This document shows, one piece after another, positions 28,839 through 39,506 of a stretch of DNA of 64,000 nucleotides; position 1 is the first letter of the stretch; the number at the start of each line of letters is the position of its first letter. The notes under the pieces are model-generated. The model worked only from the letters and a program-made list of their open reading frames with translations. It had not been told where the DNA came from and ran no database searches. The position numbers and the translations under genes were made by a program. This DNA is from Candidatus Marinacidobacterales bacterium (GTDB lineage Bacteria; Acidobacteriota; Vicinamibacteria; Marinacidobacterales; SMYC01). The stretch is from NCBI GenBank assembly GCA_965224085.1, contig CBDCYI010000005.1, positions 1,152,001 to 1,216,000 on the forward strand, in the 5' to 3' direction.

Positions 28839-31058
28839 ATGGCTCGACAACTCGTCTTTATAATGGCGCTCGCGATCGTCGCCGCCGATTGCTCCCGTGC
28901 TCAAGACCGCCCACAAGGAACTAACCGGCTCTATCACGAAACGAGCCCCTACCTTCAGCTCCACGCGCAAAACCCCGTGGACTGGTATCCCTGGGGCGAA
29001 GAAGCCATCGAGCTCGCCCGGGAGCTCGATCGGCCCATCTTTCTCTCCGTCGGCTATACCACCTGCTACTGGTGTCATCGCATGGAGGAGGACGTTTTCG
29101 AGAACGAAGAGATCGCGGCCCTGATGAACGCGCACTTCATTAACATCAAAGTGGACCGCGAAGAAAGGCCGGACCTCGACGAAATCTACATGACCGCAAC
29201 GCAGCTGATCACCCGGCGCGGAGGCTGGCCGAACTCGCTCTTCCTCACGCCCGAGCTCGAGCCCTTCTTTGCGGGTACTTATTTCCCACCCGAAGACCGC
29301 GGGCAAACGCTGGGGTTTCCAACTATCCTCAACAGAGTCCACGATTTGTGGACGAACGATCGCGAGCGGCTCGAAACGAGCGCGAAACGCATCGCCGGCG
29401 CGATGGAGGGCATGATCGCCTCCCGCGACGCACCGTCGGCCGATGTACCGGCGGCCGACGGCGTCGCACTCGCCGTGGACTCTCTAAAGCAGAGCTTCGA
29501 CGAAGAGTGGGGGGGCTTTGGCCCTGCGCCAAAATTTCCCTCTCCCGCGAACTTGTTTCTTTTGCACGCGCGCGCCCTCGAGGGAGACGGCGATGCCCGT
29601 CGCATCCTCGTCGCTACGCTTCGCCACATGAGCCAGGGCGCCCTATACGACCATGTCGGAGGCGGCTTCCACCGCTACGCGACCGACCGCATGTGGCGTG
29701 TGCCTCATTTCGAGAAGATGCTCTACGACAACGCGTTCCTCGCGGAGATCTTGATCGACGCCGCGCGGCTGACCGCGGACGAGGAGCTCGCCCGCTTCGC
29801 CCGCGGAACGCTCGATTTCATCCTCAAGCGCTTGACGAACGATGTCGGCGGCTTTCGATCCGCGATCGATGCCCAGACCGACGGCCATGAAGGCGCTTAC
29901 TACGTCTGGAGCCGTGAAGAGCTCGAGACCGTGTTGAGCGCGGACGAGCTCGCGCTTCTCGGGCCGATCTTTGGCTTCGAAGGAGAGCCGAATTTCGAAG
30001 GGACGCTCTATACCGTTTATTTGACGGCACCCATTCCGGAGCATGCCGCGCGTCTCGATATCTCCCGTGAGACCCTCCTGGAGCGCATGGCGCCCGCGGT
30101 CGAAAAACTCCGGCGCGCGCGACAAGAAAGAGAGTTCCCTCTCGTCGACGACAAGGTCCTCGCGGATTGGAACGGCATGATGGTAGGGGCGATGGCGAAA
30201 GGCGGCACGTTCTTCGCGGAGCCGCGCTACCTGAAGGCCGCGGAAAAAGCCGCCGCATTCTTGCTCGATGAGCTCGAAAGCGACGAGGGCCTACTCCACC
30301 ACGCGTGGCGCAACGGTGAGAGCAAAGTCGATGCCTTTCTCGATGACTATGCGTTCCTGATGCGCGGCCTCGTAACGCTCTATCGAGAAAGCGAAAACGC
30401 GCGATGGCTCGAGGCATCGGTTAAGCTCGCCGAGGAGCTCGAATTAAGGCTGCGCGATCCCGACGGCGGTTATTTTCAAACCACCGAGAATCCGCTCAAT
30501 CTGTTCCAATCGAAAGGCGCCATGGACGGGGCCATCCCATCCGGAAACGGCACCGCCGTGCAAGCCCTTCTCGATCTCGGTGAGCTGACAGGAAAGGCCA
30601 AGTATACGGAGCGCGCCGAGGCCGCGCTTCGCGCTTTTTCAGCGGAATATTCGAAATACCCGTCCGCAACCAAGACGCTCGCTTTATCCGTCGCGCGCTA
30701 CCACCGCGCGGACGATCCCGCCTCGCTCGCGCACACGTTGGTTACGGCACGTCTCGAAAGGACGGGCGACAAGTTCGAAGTGCATCTCCAGATCCGCGAG
30801 GGCTGGCACGTGAACGCCAACCCCGCATCCTCGCCTTACTTGATCCCCACGGAAGTCCGTGGGGACGTGAGCAACGTCGTCTATCCCGATGGCGAGCATC
30901 TCGAGCTCTCCTTCACCGACGACGCTATCGCGGTGTATAGCGGCGCGGTCAAGCTGAGCGGCGAGTCATCCGGCAACAAGGTCGTCCTCGTGTACCAGGC
31001 TTGTGACGACACGCGATGCCTCTCGCCGGTCGAGAAGACTATGGAGGCCCTGCCGTGA
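28839..31058 (+). CDS. thioredoxin-domain YyaL/SSP411 (DUF255) protein with C-terminal DsbD-N-like domain
   Basis: [49 protein letters not shown]; [16 protein letters not shown]. Confidence 0.9.
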   Translation: MARQLVFIMALAIVAADCSRAQDRPQGTNRLYHETSPYLQLHAQNPVDWYPWGEEAIELARELDRPIFLSVGYTTCYWCHRMEEDVFENEEIAALMNAHFINIKVDREERPDLDEIYMTATQLITRRGGWPNSLFLTPELEPFFAGTYFPPEDRGQTLGFPTILNRVHDLWTNDRERLETSAKRIAGAMEGMIASRDAPSADVPAADGVALAVDSLKQSFDEEWGGFGPAPKFPSPANLFLLHARALEGDGDARRILVATLRHMSQGALYDHVGGGFHRYATDRMWRVPHFEKMLYDNAFLAEILIDAARLTADEELARFARGTLDFILKRLTNDVGGFRSAIDAQTDGHEGAYYVWSREELETVLSADELALLGPIFGFEGEPNFEGTLYTVYLTAPIPEHAARLDISRETLLERMAPAVEKLRRARQEREFPLVDDKVLADWNGMMVGAMAKGGTFFAEPRYLKAAEKAAAFLLDELESDEGLLHHAWRNGESKVDAFLDDYAFLMRGLVTLYRESENARWLEASVKLAEELELRLRDPDGGYFQTTENPLNLFQSKGAMDGAIPSGNGTAVQALLDLGELTGKAKYTERAEAALRAFSAEYSKYPSATKTLALSVARYHRADDPASLAHTLVTARLERTGDKFEVHLQIREGWHVNANPASSPYLIPTEVRGDVSNVVYPDGEHLELSFTDDAIAVYSGAVKLSGESSGNKVVLVYQACDDTRCLSPVEKTMEALP

Positions 31059-32179
31059 GAATGTTCCTGCGCGTCATTCCAGTCTGGCTAGTCTGGCTCG
31101 TCGGACTCGCCGGCCACGTTGGGGCCCCGAGCCTTCACGCGTCCGACAAAGCCGCGGCACTCGTCGAGGCTGAGCTCGCCAAAGACGGCGTCGGCGGGAT
31201 CAGTCTCGGCATCGTCCAAGGCGACGAGCTCGTCTACGAGGCCGCCTTCGGCTACGCGGACATGGAGAAAAAGATCAAAGCGACGCCGCAACACGTCTAT
31301 CGCATCGGCTCGGTAACAAAGCAATTCACGGGATTGGCGCTCTTGAAGATGTCCCATGACGGAACCGTTCACGTGAGCGATCCGGTTGAGAAACATTTTC
31401 CCGAAGTGAAGCGCGTGCGTGATCGCGACCCAGGGGCGCCGCCGATAACGCTGCTGCAGCTCGCGACGATGACGTCGGGGCTCGCGCGCGAGCCGGAAGA
31501 TCTGCCGACCTATCTCGTCGGGCCCGCCTCCGAGTGGGTCGACGTCGTCATGCGTGCGCTCCCCGCTGTGAAGTATGACTTCGCCCCCGATACGCGCTAC
31601 CAGTACTCGAATATCGGCTATGCGATTCTCGGCGCCGCGCTCGAGAGCGCGTCGGGCCGCGACTACATGGACTATGTGCGCGAGGAATGGCTCGAACCGC
31701 TCGGGATGAAAGACACCGACTTCGTGCCAAGGCCCCATTTCGAAGCGCGCATCGCGAAAGGCTATGCGGTTCGCGACGGTGAAGTCGACGCCGAAACGCC
31801 GGCCCGAGAGCACGCGGGCCGCGGCTACAAAGTACCGAACGGCGCGCTCTACTCCACCGTCGGCGATCTCGCCCGCTTCCTTTCCTTCCAGCTCGGGCAT
31901 GGTCCGAAGAATGTCCTTCCGAGCGACGTGCTCGCGGACAACTTCAGCCGTGTGAGCTCCGCGGATGGCGGTCTCAGCGCGGGCTACGGTATCGGCTTCC
32001 GCGTCGTGCGTCGCGGCGAGCGGCTCATCTTTGGCCATGGAGGCTCCGTAGCCGGCTACCGCGCCGGCGCCTACTTCGACTTAGAAAGCAAGAGAGGCGT
32101 CGTGGTCCTTCACAACGTCACCGGCGGCGACGTCGACATTACGGAGCTCGCGATGCGCGTGCTCGAGCTCGCGCCTTGA
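31055..32179 (+). CDS. serine hydrolase, beta-lactamase class C/PBP family
   Basis: SVTK (SxxK), YSN, HGG motifs; signal peptide. Confidence 0.88.
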   Translation: MRMFLRVIPVWLVWLVGLAGHVGAPSLHASDKAAALVEAELAKDGVGGISLGIVQGDELVYEAAFGYADMEKKIKATPQHVYRIGSVTKQFTGLALLKMSHDGTVHVSDPVEKHFPEVKRVRDRDPGAPPITLLQLATMTSGLAREPEDLPTYLVGPASEWVDVVMRALPAVKYDFAPDTRYQYSNIGYAILGAALESASGRDYMDYVREEWLEPLGMKDTDFVPRPHFEARIAKGYAVRDGEVDAETPAREHAGRGYKVPNGALYSTVGDLARFLSFQLGHGPKNVLPSDVLADNFSRVSSADGGLSAGYGIGFRVVRRGERLIFGHGGSVAGYRAGAYFDLESKRGVVVLHNVTGGDVDITELAMRVLELAP

Positions 32180-32960
32180 TCGCCGATCTGCGTCTCGCGC
32201 TGCGCTCGCTCGCTCGCGCGCGACTCACGAGCCTCGTCGCAACCCTCGCCCTCGGACTCGGTATCGGCGCCACCGTCACCGTGTTCAGCGTCTTCGACGC
32301 CGTGTGGCTCGAACCTTTGCCCTACGACGAGCCCGATCGTCTCGTCGCGCTCCGCCTTCGCAACACGCATGGACAAGAGACCGGGATGTCCTACCCGAAC
32401 TTCGTCGATTTGCGGGACCGGGCGTCCTCGTTCGAGACGCTCTCCGCGTTCAACCTCGCCGAGCTCAACGTGATCCGGGACGGCCGGCCCGAGCTCACCG
32501 ACGCCCATCAAGTCCTAGGAGATGTCTTCGACCTCATCGGCGTCGACGCGGCGATCGGGCGCGGGCTCGTCCCGTCGGATGACGCAAGGGACGCGCCGCC
32601 TGTGATCGTTTTGGCGCATGACTACTGGACCCACGCGCTTCGGCGGCGACCCCGGCGTCGTGGGCACCACGGTCACGGTGGAAGGGGAGAGCTATCGGAA
32701 CGTGCCGAGAACGGTCTACACGATCGTGGGCGTCATGCCGAAAGGGGCCTGGTTTCGACACCGGATCGACGCGTGGATACCTTTTCGGTTGAAGGAGGAG
32801 GAGCGCAACGACCGTAGCGGTCATACGGCGTGGCTCATCGGGCGACTCGGGGACGGCGTCGAAGTGGAACCCGCGGCCTCCGAAGTGCGCACGCTCTTCG
32901 CCGAGCTGAAGCAAGATTACCCCGCCGAGAATGCCGGGCTTCGCATCGAGCTCCAACCCG
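32176..32960 (+). pseudogene. ADOP/MacB-like ABC permease, N-terminal fragment with frameshift
   Basis: DLRLALRSL..TLALGLGIGATVTVFS..PLPY.EPDRLV; frameshift near 32630 continuing FGGDPGVVG; truncated near 32960. Confidence 0.8.
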
Positions 32961-33142
32961 AAGTCGAGCTCTGCATCGACGCTGCGGAGCGCGCGGAGTA
33001 GATAGTCCAGCTCGCCCAGGATAGCCATGGGGACGATGATCGGCCCGGTCTCGTTCTGAACGATGGAACTAGCAGTCGCGTGATGAGCGTCGTCCGAATC
33101 GTAACGGGCGTAGAGCCCGCCTGTATCAGCGACGAGGCTCAT
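32960..33142 (-). pseudogene. VapC/PIN toxin, C-terminally truncated
   Basis: LVADTGGLYA..D.DDAHH..ILGELDYLL then runs into antisense permease sequence. Confidence 0.7.
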
Positions 33143-33384
33143 TGCTTGTACTTTCGCGCCGCCTCTTGCAGCAACTCCTCGGCGCGCTTCGAAACGTCCG
33201 GCCGCCCGCTTTGGTATTTTCCGATTCCAGGGGTCGGCGGACGCTCTACGTCCTTTTGGGTGTCCTCGATATACCGTCGGAGCGCTTCCCGAATGAGCTC
33301 AGCTTGGCTTCTATTCTCGACATCGGCACGGTGGCGAAGCGCAATCGCAATGTGCTCATCAATATATACCGTCGTGCGGATCAT
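33139..33384 (-). CDS. CopG/RHH antitoxin
   Basis: MIRTTVYID..SQAELIREALRRYI; ATGA overlap with the PIN gene. Confidence 0.8.
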   Translation of the reverse strand: MIRTTVYIDEHIAIALRHRADVENRSQAELIREALRRYIEDTQKDVERPPTPGIGKYQSGRPDVSKRAEELLQEAARKYKQ

Positions 33385-33444
33385 AAAAATAGCGCTAACA
33401 TATATGATGGTATATAACTTAGCGCTCGAAGCCGTGGACGCCGC

Positions 33445-34374
33445 CTATCCGAGCCGCGGGACGACGTGCTCCCTGAACTTCTCGAGCTGCGCGACCTCGT
33501 CCGTCACCGGCCACACGAGCACGCGCTTCGCTCCGGCGTCGCGATAAGCGGCGAGCTTCTTCGCGAAGAGCTCGGGAGGGCCGATGGGAAGACGCTCGCG
33601 CAACACGTCCTCCGGAGGGTTTATGGTTGGGAAGATCTTCTCGCGAAAGACGCGCTCCGCTTCGTTCCGATCGTCGCTAATGTAGAACCACATGGTTGCG
33701 ATCGCATTAGGAAAGGTCTTCGGGTCCTTGCCGTGCGTCACGAGATGCTCGCGGAGCCGCGCCATGGCGTCGGCAAACATGTCCGGCGTCGTGTTGTAGG
33801 CGGAGGCGAGCCAACCGTCTCCCAGCCGCGCCGTGCGGCGGAGACCCGCGTCCGATCCCCAACTCCCGATCCAAATAGGTGGTCCCGTCGGCTGCGCGGG
33901 ATGCGGTTCGAGCTCAATTCCTCTCGTGGAGTAGTAGCGTCCTTGGAACGGTTCGGACCCTCGCCGCCACAACGCACGAAGCGTTTGCACCGCCTCGTCC
34001 AAGCGCGCAAAGCGCTCCTCGAACGGAAGCCCCACGCAGGCGTAGTCTTTTTTGGACGAGCCGGGTCCAACAGCGACGACGAGCCGTCCACCGGAAAGGC
34101 GATCGATGGCGCCCAGCGTCTTGGCCAGCTGCACTGGGCCACGCAACACGGGAAGCGCGACCGTCGTGGCCAGGCTCACGCGCTTCGCACGATCGATGAT
34201 CGTGGCGAGCGCGGTGGGTCCGTCGAGCCAAGGCACCGAGAACACCATGTGGTCGTTGGCGCAGATCGATTGGAACCCCAAACGCTCCGCGGCCTCCGCA
34301 TATTCGAGTAGATGAGAGAGCGAGTATGGATGCCCGCCGAAATCCATCAGCGGGAGATGCGCCCCAAAATCCAA
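33445..34374 (-). CDS. LLM-class flavin-dependent oxidoreductase
   Basis: AERLGFQSICANDH, LAKTLGAIDRLSGGRL, PPIWIG, ARLGDGW. Confidence 0.88.
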   Translation of the reverse strand: MDFGAHLPLMDFGGHPYSLSHLLEYAEAAERLGFQSICANDHMVFSVPWLDGPTALATIIDRAKRVSLATTVALPVLRGPVQLAKTLGAIDRLSGGRLVVAVGPGSSKKDYACVGLPFEERFARLDEAVQTLRALWRRGSEPFQGRYYSTRGIELEPHPAQPTGPPIWIGSWGSDAGLRRTARLGDGWLASAYNTTPDMFADAMARLREHLVTHGKDPKTFPNAIATMWFYISDDRNEAERVFREKIFPTINPPEDVLRERLPIGPPELFAKKLAAYRDAGAKRVLVWPVTDEVAQLEKFREHVVPRLG

Positions 34375-34411
34375 ACCACGACCTCCGGTGAGAATGTTCC
34401 GCCGGTCAAAT

Positions 34412-34524
34412 TAAATCAACCCCCCGACTTCAGTCGGGGGAGCCTCGTCCCCTCTGGGGACTTCGACAAATCTTCTCTTCGCCTAAAGGCGAGGGTTTCC
34501 ACCATCCCCGGAAAGGGACACTAA
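34412..34524 (-). mobile_element. miniature IS200/IS605-like element (ends only, no transposase)
   Basis: hairpins cccccgact-tc-agtcggggg, gtcccc-tct-ggggac, cttcgcc-taaa-ggcgagg and atccccggaaagggacactaa, resembling IS200 end palindromes. Confidence 0.6.
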
Positions 34525-34738
34525 TGGCATCGTTGCCGTATTGCAACTAGAGGTCGAGCTCCGTCCGGACGGAGCTCACATTCCGCGTTCAGTGCGAATC
34601 GAAAACAGCTTGATACGACGCGACCTTCGAGCGGATGGCGTCGAGCTCCTCATCTGTAGGTTGCTCGGTTCGAGGGCAGCGGTAAGCTGCCGAGCTTCAT
34701 GAGGCACGCCATCAGCAAAAGCCGAGCCTTTGTGGCGG

Positions 34739-35154
34739 TCAAGTTGCTTCCTTCGATGAAGAGGTCGTTCGGATTTCCGGGCGTGACCCCTTCGTGATGC
34801 CCTCGGCCGACGCGCGCGACGGGCATGCCACGTAGCGCTGCATGCCGAAGCGCTGCATCGTCGCTTCGTCGGCCGCCGAGTAGGGAGCGTTGCCTTCGAG
34901 AACGAAGCCCGACAGGCTCGTGTCGAGAAGGCTCTTGTCGATTCGGGACATCACCTCGACGACCGCAGCTCCATCGTCCGAGAGATCGTCCGGTAGATAT
35001 CTCGCGTGCTTGACGATCGTCACCTTTGGGATCGCGGCTGGCAGAAGATGGCCTTGTGAATCGTTGATCGAAACATCGACGTGCACGATCCGACCCTCGC
35101 CGCGCCGCACACCCGAAACGCGCGCTGGGAGTTTGGTCAGGTTCACTTCGGACA
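34739..35154 (-). pseudogene. gene fragment truncated by IS, possibly asparaginase C-terminal-like
   Basis: IPKVTIVK..GFVLEGNAPY; 5' part replaced by the IS end. Confidence 0.35.
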
Positions 35155-35930
35155 GGCTTTGTTGCACGGCCCGATCGGGAGCGCGAGAATACCTCGCACG
35201 TGCCGCTTCAGGCGGCGCGATAGCTGTCCGGCATTCCCAGGACGGTGATCCGATTGAGTATGGAGCAGCCAATTTTGATCTCAATGCGCTGACTTTGCAG
35301 GTTCCGCGCCCGTAGTCGTCCACCGAGGATCGTCTTGTATCGATAGATCGCCGTCTCCACGAGACTTCGCCGGGTGTACCCCGATTCTTTCTGCCACCGA
35401 CGACGACCGATCTCGTGGATCGAGTGGATGGCCTTGTCCCGTTCGCTTTCCAACTGCATCTTTCCTACCTAATCGGGCGTTGCGCCTCGGTGGAATGATG
35501 ACCTTCGTCGGCTGATGCGAGGGATGGTTCGCAATCGCTTCATACACGGCTCTGGAATCATAGGCACCGTCTGCGGTCATGGACGCGAGCTCGTGGTGGA
35601 TCATCTGCCGGAGTCCCAGGCTGTAAACCGAGCGCACGGTGAGAGCTGTTTCGATGGCCAGGTCGGAGTAGATCTGCTGGCCACCGGGCTTGGAGCCAGC
35701 CGGTGCGTGCCACGCCGCGATCGCTTCCTCGGAGAACCAGAGCGTCAGGTCGCCTCGCCGTCGCAGCGCCCTCTCATACTCCGGCCAGTTACGAAGGTGA
35801 TAGGGTCTCTTGGTGCACTTGTGCTGGCTCCGTTTCGGATAGCGCATCGTGGCTCTCGAATCTGGGCTAACTGGAATGTGCCATGATAGCCAGTCTGTCG
35901 ATCGCAGCCGCGCAGCCGTGCACCAAAGCC
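35155..35930 (-). mobile_element. IS5-family (IS903-like) element with internally deleted transposase
   Basis: TIRs ggctttgttgcacgg / ccgtgcaccaaagcc; fragments YHLRNWPEYERALRRRGDLTLWF, ADGAYD, RRSLVETAIYRYK. Confidence 0.85.
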
Positions 35931-36330
35931 ACGAGAAGGTCGTCCGTCGCGTTTTTGGTTCAGCGTCTCTATACGGCCAGGTGATCAAGACGCGAAGAAA
36001 CGATCGTATCGTGAAGGTCGAACGAAGAGAGGTGATGGGAGCGTCGTGGCGGTTCGAAGAAGTGCTCAACAACTCCGAGGACTCGTCGACATTGAATACG
36101 TCGTTCATCGAACGGATGAATCTGACCATTCGACAGGGCGCGGCCTATCTGACTCGGAGAACGCTCTCCCATGCTCGCTCGAAGGATAAGCTCGACGAAC
36201 ATCTCGAGCTGCTGAGATGTCATTACAACTTCGTCCGCCCGCATCGCGCTCTAAAGTTCGGCGTGAGACCCGGACTCCGGCGATGCAGGCCGGACTCGCC
36301 ACCCGGCGACTCACTTTCCGCGAGGTATTC
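35931..36330 (+). pseudogene. IS1-family transposase C-terminal fragment
   Basis: LYGQVIK..NTSFIERMNLTIRQ..RRT..HYNFVRPH. Confidence 0.7.
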
Positions 36331-36439
36331 GTGTGTCTTCCGCCATCCTTATTGGTAAGCATCGGCGCGATCACGTGCGCCGTGCCGAGCCGGCCGCCGA
36401 CCGCCCCGATCGTGGACGAGCCTCTAGCGGCCTGAGTAA

Positions 36440-37037
36440 CAGTTGATGGCGGAAGCACCCGTCGAAGAGATTCGTCCCATCGCGTACCGTCCGTGGCCAC
36501 AGGCGCCTCCTGCTTGGATCGATCTCGTCGTACGAAGCGAAGTGTTCTCCGAAAAGATGGCAGAATCGATACGCGGCGCGATCTGGGAAGTCGATCCGGA
36601 TCCTTTCATTTCCACTTACGTGATGGACGACGGGCGTTCGCGCGCACGCGTTTCGCCGCGCGTCTTCTGGGGGCGTTCTCGTTGTTGGCGTTCGTGCTCT
36701 CCGCCGCGGGGTTTTCGCGATTGTGAGCTTTCAGCTCCGCCAGCGCCGGCGCGAGATGGGAATCCGCAAAGCGATCGGAGCGCGGGATCGCGATTTGAAA
36801 GGGCTCTTGCTCGCTCGCACCCTGCGCCAAACGTTCTACGGGCTAGGCCTTGGCGCCCTCGCCGCGTGGGCCGCCACCGGCTACGCCCGCGGGCTTCTCT
36901 ACGGCGTCGAGCCCATGGACGCGACATCGACGCTCGCCGCCGCCGTCGTGCTCGTGGCCGCCGCGCTCTTGGCGAGCTACCTCCCGGCGCGTCGCATCAG
37001 CCGGATTCATCCTTCCGCAGCTCTTCGGAGCGACTGA
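36440..37037 (+). pseudogene. ADOP/MacB-like ABC permease, C-terminal fragment with frameshifts
   Basis: QRRREMGIRKAIGA..LLYGVEPMD..LLASYLPARR FtsX-type terminus. Confidence 0.75.
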
Positions 37038-37860
37038 GCACCCGGCGCGCCTCTTCGACGTGCAGCGCCTCGACCATTTCGTTATCGAGCGTGGCGACGT
37101 TCTTCCCCTCGGCCATCGCTCGTTGCATGACGTCGACAATCCGACGCGCCCTTTTGATCTCCTCGGCTGTCGGAGAGAAAACGCGATTGATGACCGGCAC
37201 TTGACTCGGGTGGATCGCAGCCTTTCCGTCGAAGCCCATTTGGCGCGAGCGATAAGCACTCGCTTCGAGCCCGCCGAGATCCTTGTACTGGAACCAAGGT
37301 GTGTCGAGCGCATCGATACCGGCGGCTCGCGCCGCGTGCAGCACCTGGCTGCGCGCGAACAACAATTCTGACTCGTCGGGGAGAGGGCCCGCGCGCATAT
37401 CCTTACGATAGTCCGCAGCACCAAAGAGAAGTCCGCCGACGTTGTGCACGCGCGCCAGCGCCCGGGCTTCTAGAACGCCAGTAGCGGTCTCAATCATGAG
37501 AAACAAGGGAACGCTCGCTCCCAGTGCTTCTACAACCGTCGCCGCCCTTTTGGACGACTCCGCTTTGGGTAGAATCGCGCCTTTGGGACGGACATCCGCG
37601 ATCATGTCGATGTCGTCGCGCCCCCAAGGTGTGTCGAGGCCGTTTGCGCGGATGAAGATTTCCGAGTCGCCCCAATCGTACTTGGCGAACTTCTCGAGCG
37701 CTTGGCGCACCCGATCGCGCGCCAAAGCTTTCGAGCCGGGATGTACTCCGTCTTCGAGGTCGAGTACGAGGACGTCGGCGCCGCGAGCGCCAGCTTTCGC
37801 CATCATCCGCTGCGACGAGCCCGGGAGATAGAGGACCGAGCGACGGAGACGGGTCATCAC
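36997..37860 (-). CDS. CitE/HpcH-like CoA ester lyase
   Basis: RRSVLYLPGS, DLEDGV, ILPKAE, MIETA, FGAADY, GFDGKAAIHPSQ. Confidence 0.9.
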   Translation of the reverse strand: MMTRLRRSVLYLPGSSQRMMAKAGARGADVLVLDLEDGVHPGSKALARDRVRQALEKFAKYDWGDSEIFIRANGLDTPWGRDDIDMIADVRPKGAILPKAESSKRAATVVEALGASVPLFLMIETATGVLEARALARVHNVGGLLFGAADYRKDMRAGPLPDESELLFARSQVLHAARAAGIDALDTPWFQYKDLGGLEASAYRSRQMGFDGKAAIHPSQVPVINRVFSPTAEEIKRARRIVDVMQRAMAEGKNVATLDNEMVEALHVEEARRVLSRSEELRKDESG

Positions 37861-37969
37861 GCGATCCTATCACGCGTTTAACTTATTTGTATTCAACAGC
37901 TTGAACGTATTGCATTACATTCATTGAACCTCGGATGGGCCGATCGCGTATGACGGTGTGGAGGACAAC

Positions 37970-38525
37970 ATGAAAAAAGTTTTGATTATCGCCGTCGCAG
38001 CCTTGTTGTTGATGACGTCGCCAATTCTCGCGCAGACGCCTTGGGTTCATGTCGAAGTCGAAGAAGGCGGAGACGACAACACGCACGTCAAAGTCAACTT
38101 GCCCCTTTCGGTCGTTCAGGTCGCGCTCGAAGCCGCTCCAGAGAAGATTCTAGAAGATGGGAAAATCCACTTGCATAAGATGGACCATGATCTCGACGTC
38201 GAGGACCTTCGCAAGATCTGGGCTGAGCTGCGCGCAGCGGGCGATGCGGAGTTCGTTTCCATCGAAGGAGACGACGAGACGGTGCACGTCCGCCGGGAAG
38301 GCGATTTCATTCGCATCAACGTCGAGGAGCGCAAAGAAGGCAGCGCCGAGCAAGTCAGCGTCGAAGTTCCCGTGACCGTCGTGGACGCGCTCTTTTCTGG
38401 CGAAGGTGAGAGCTTGAACTTGCGCGACGCGCTCGAGGAGTTCAAAACCCAAAGAGGCGACATCGTTCGCGTCGACGACGGCGAGACCAAGATCCGCGTC
38501 TGGATCGACGAGGGGAACTGGAGCC
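37970..38525 (+). CDS. secreted hypothetical protein, paralog of the downstream gene (stop apparently lost)
   Basis: GGAGG RBS, signal peptide; similarity ends at KIRVWIDEG, matching EVRVWIW of the next gene; the ORF reads on to 38710. Confidence 0.65.
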
Positions 38526-39041
38526 ATGTTGAAAACCGCCGCTCTCGTTCTCGCGTCCATCCCCGTCGTGCTCGCTGCGATGCTTCTGAGCTCGAGCTCT
38601 GTCGTGGTCGATGTCAAACAGGCCGACGGTCCGCGGATAGTCGTGCCCGTACCGATCTTCGTCGCGCGCGCGGCACTCGCCTTCGCTCCGGCGGAGGCGA
38701 AGCATGTTAGCGTACCTGAGCTCGCGGAATATCGAGACGTCGCCGAAGAGATCCTGAGTGAGCTCCGCGACGCACCCGACGGTGTCCTCGTCGAAGTGCG
38801 CGAGGACCGAGAGCACGTGCTCATCGAAAAGGTCGGCAACCGTTTGGAGATCGACGTCGACACTGACGCTGAAGAAGTCTCGGTCACAGTCCCTTTCACC
38901 GTCGCTTTGGAAATCCTCGACAGCTACGACGGCGAAGCGCTCAGTAGCGCCTCCGTGCTCGCAGCTTTATCCTCAGCTTCGCGCACCGACCTCGTCCACG
39001 TGAAGACGAAGGACGAAGAAGTGCGCGTTTGGATCTGGTGA
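38526..39041 (+). CDS. hypothetical protein, paralog of the upstream gene
   Basis: shared pattern V.VP....ELR.A.D..LV.V....E.V..VRVWI. Confidence 0.75.
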   Translation: MLKTAALVLASIPVVLAAMLLSSSSVVVDVKQADGPRIVVPVPIFVARAALAFAPAEAKHVSVPELAEYRDVAEEILSELRDAPDGVLVEVREDREHVLIEKVGNRLEIDVDTDAEEVSVTVPFTVALEILDSYDGEALSSASVLAALSSASRTDLVHVKTKDEEVRVWIW

Positions 39042-39103
39042 GCTAGGCGGCAGCAGACATCCACGTCCTCCTGCGATAGACTACCCTCCGCAGGAGGACG
39101 TTC

Positions 39104-39415
39104 GTGGAGACTACGCCAGAAGAAGTCAAGCGGGACTTGGAGTCCGACAGCATACGCCTAATCGACGTTCGCGGCCCGGAGGAATGGGAGACCGCCCACA
39201 TCGAAGGAGCGAGACTGGTTTCTAAAGAACTCGCGGACGAGATGGCGAGTTCATGGGACAAAGACACCGCCATCGTTTTCTATTGCCACACCGGCGTGCG
39301 CAGCATGAACGCTGTGCACTTCTTCCGGAAGCAAGGCTTTACCAACGTCAAGAGCATGGCCGGCGGGATCGAGGCCTGGTCGCTCACCATCGACTCTAGC
39401 GTTCCCCGATATTGA
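39104..39415 (+). CDS. rhodanese-like sulfurtransferase
   Basis: LIDVRGPEEW..HIEGA, YCHTGVRS, MAGGIEAWS..ID..VPRY. Confidence 0.9.
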   Translation: METTPEEVKRDLESDSIRLIDVRGPEEWETAHIEGARLVSKELADEMASSWDKDTAIVFYCHTGVRSMNAVHFFRKQGFTNVKSMAGGIEAWSLTIDSSVPRY

Positions 39416-39506
39416 GTTCATCGAACAGCTTCTCGAGGTCGACTGCATCCGCAAAATCGAGGGCGTCTCTTGAACCTTTTTGTGCCCGCCTCCGAAGAGC
39501 CCGAAA

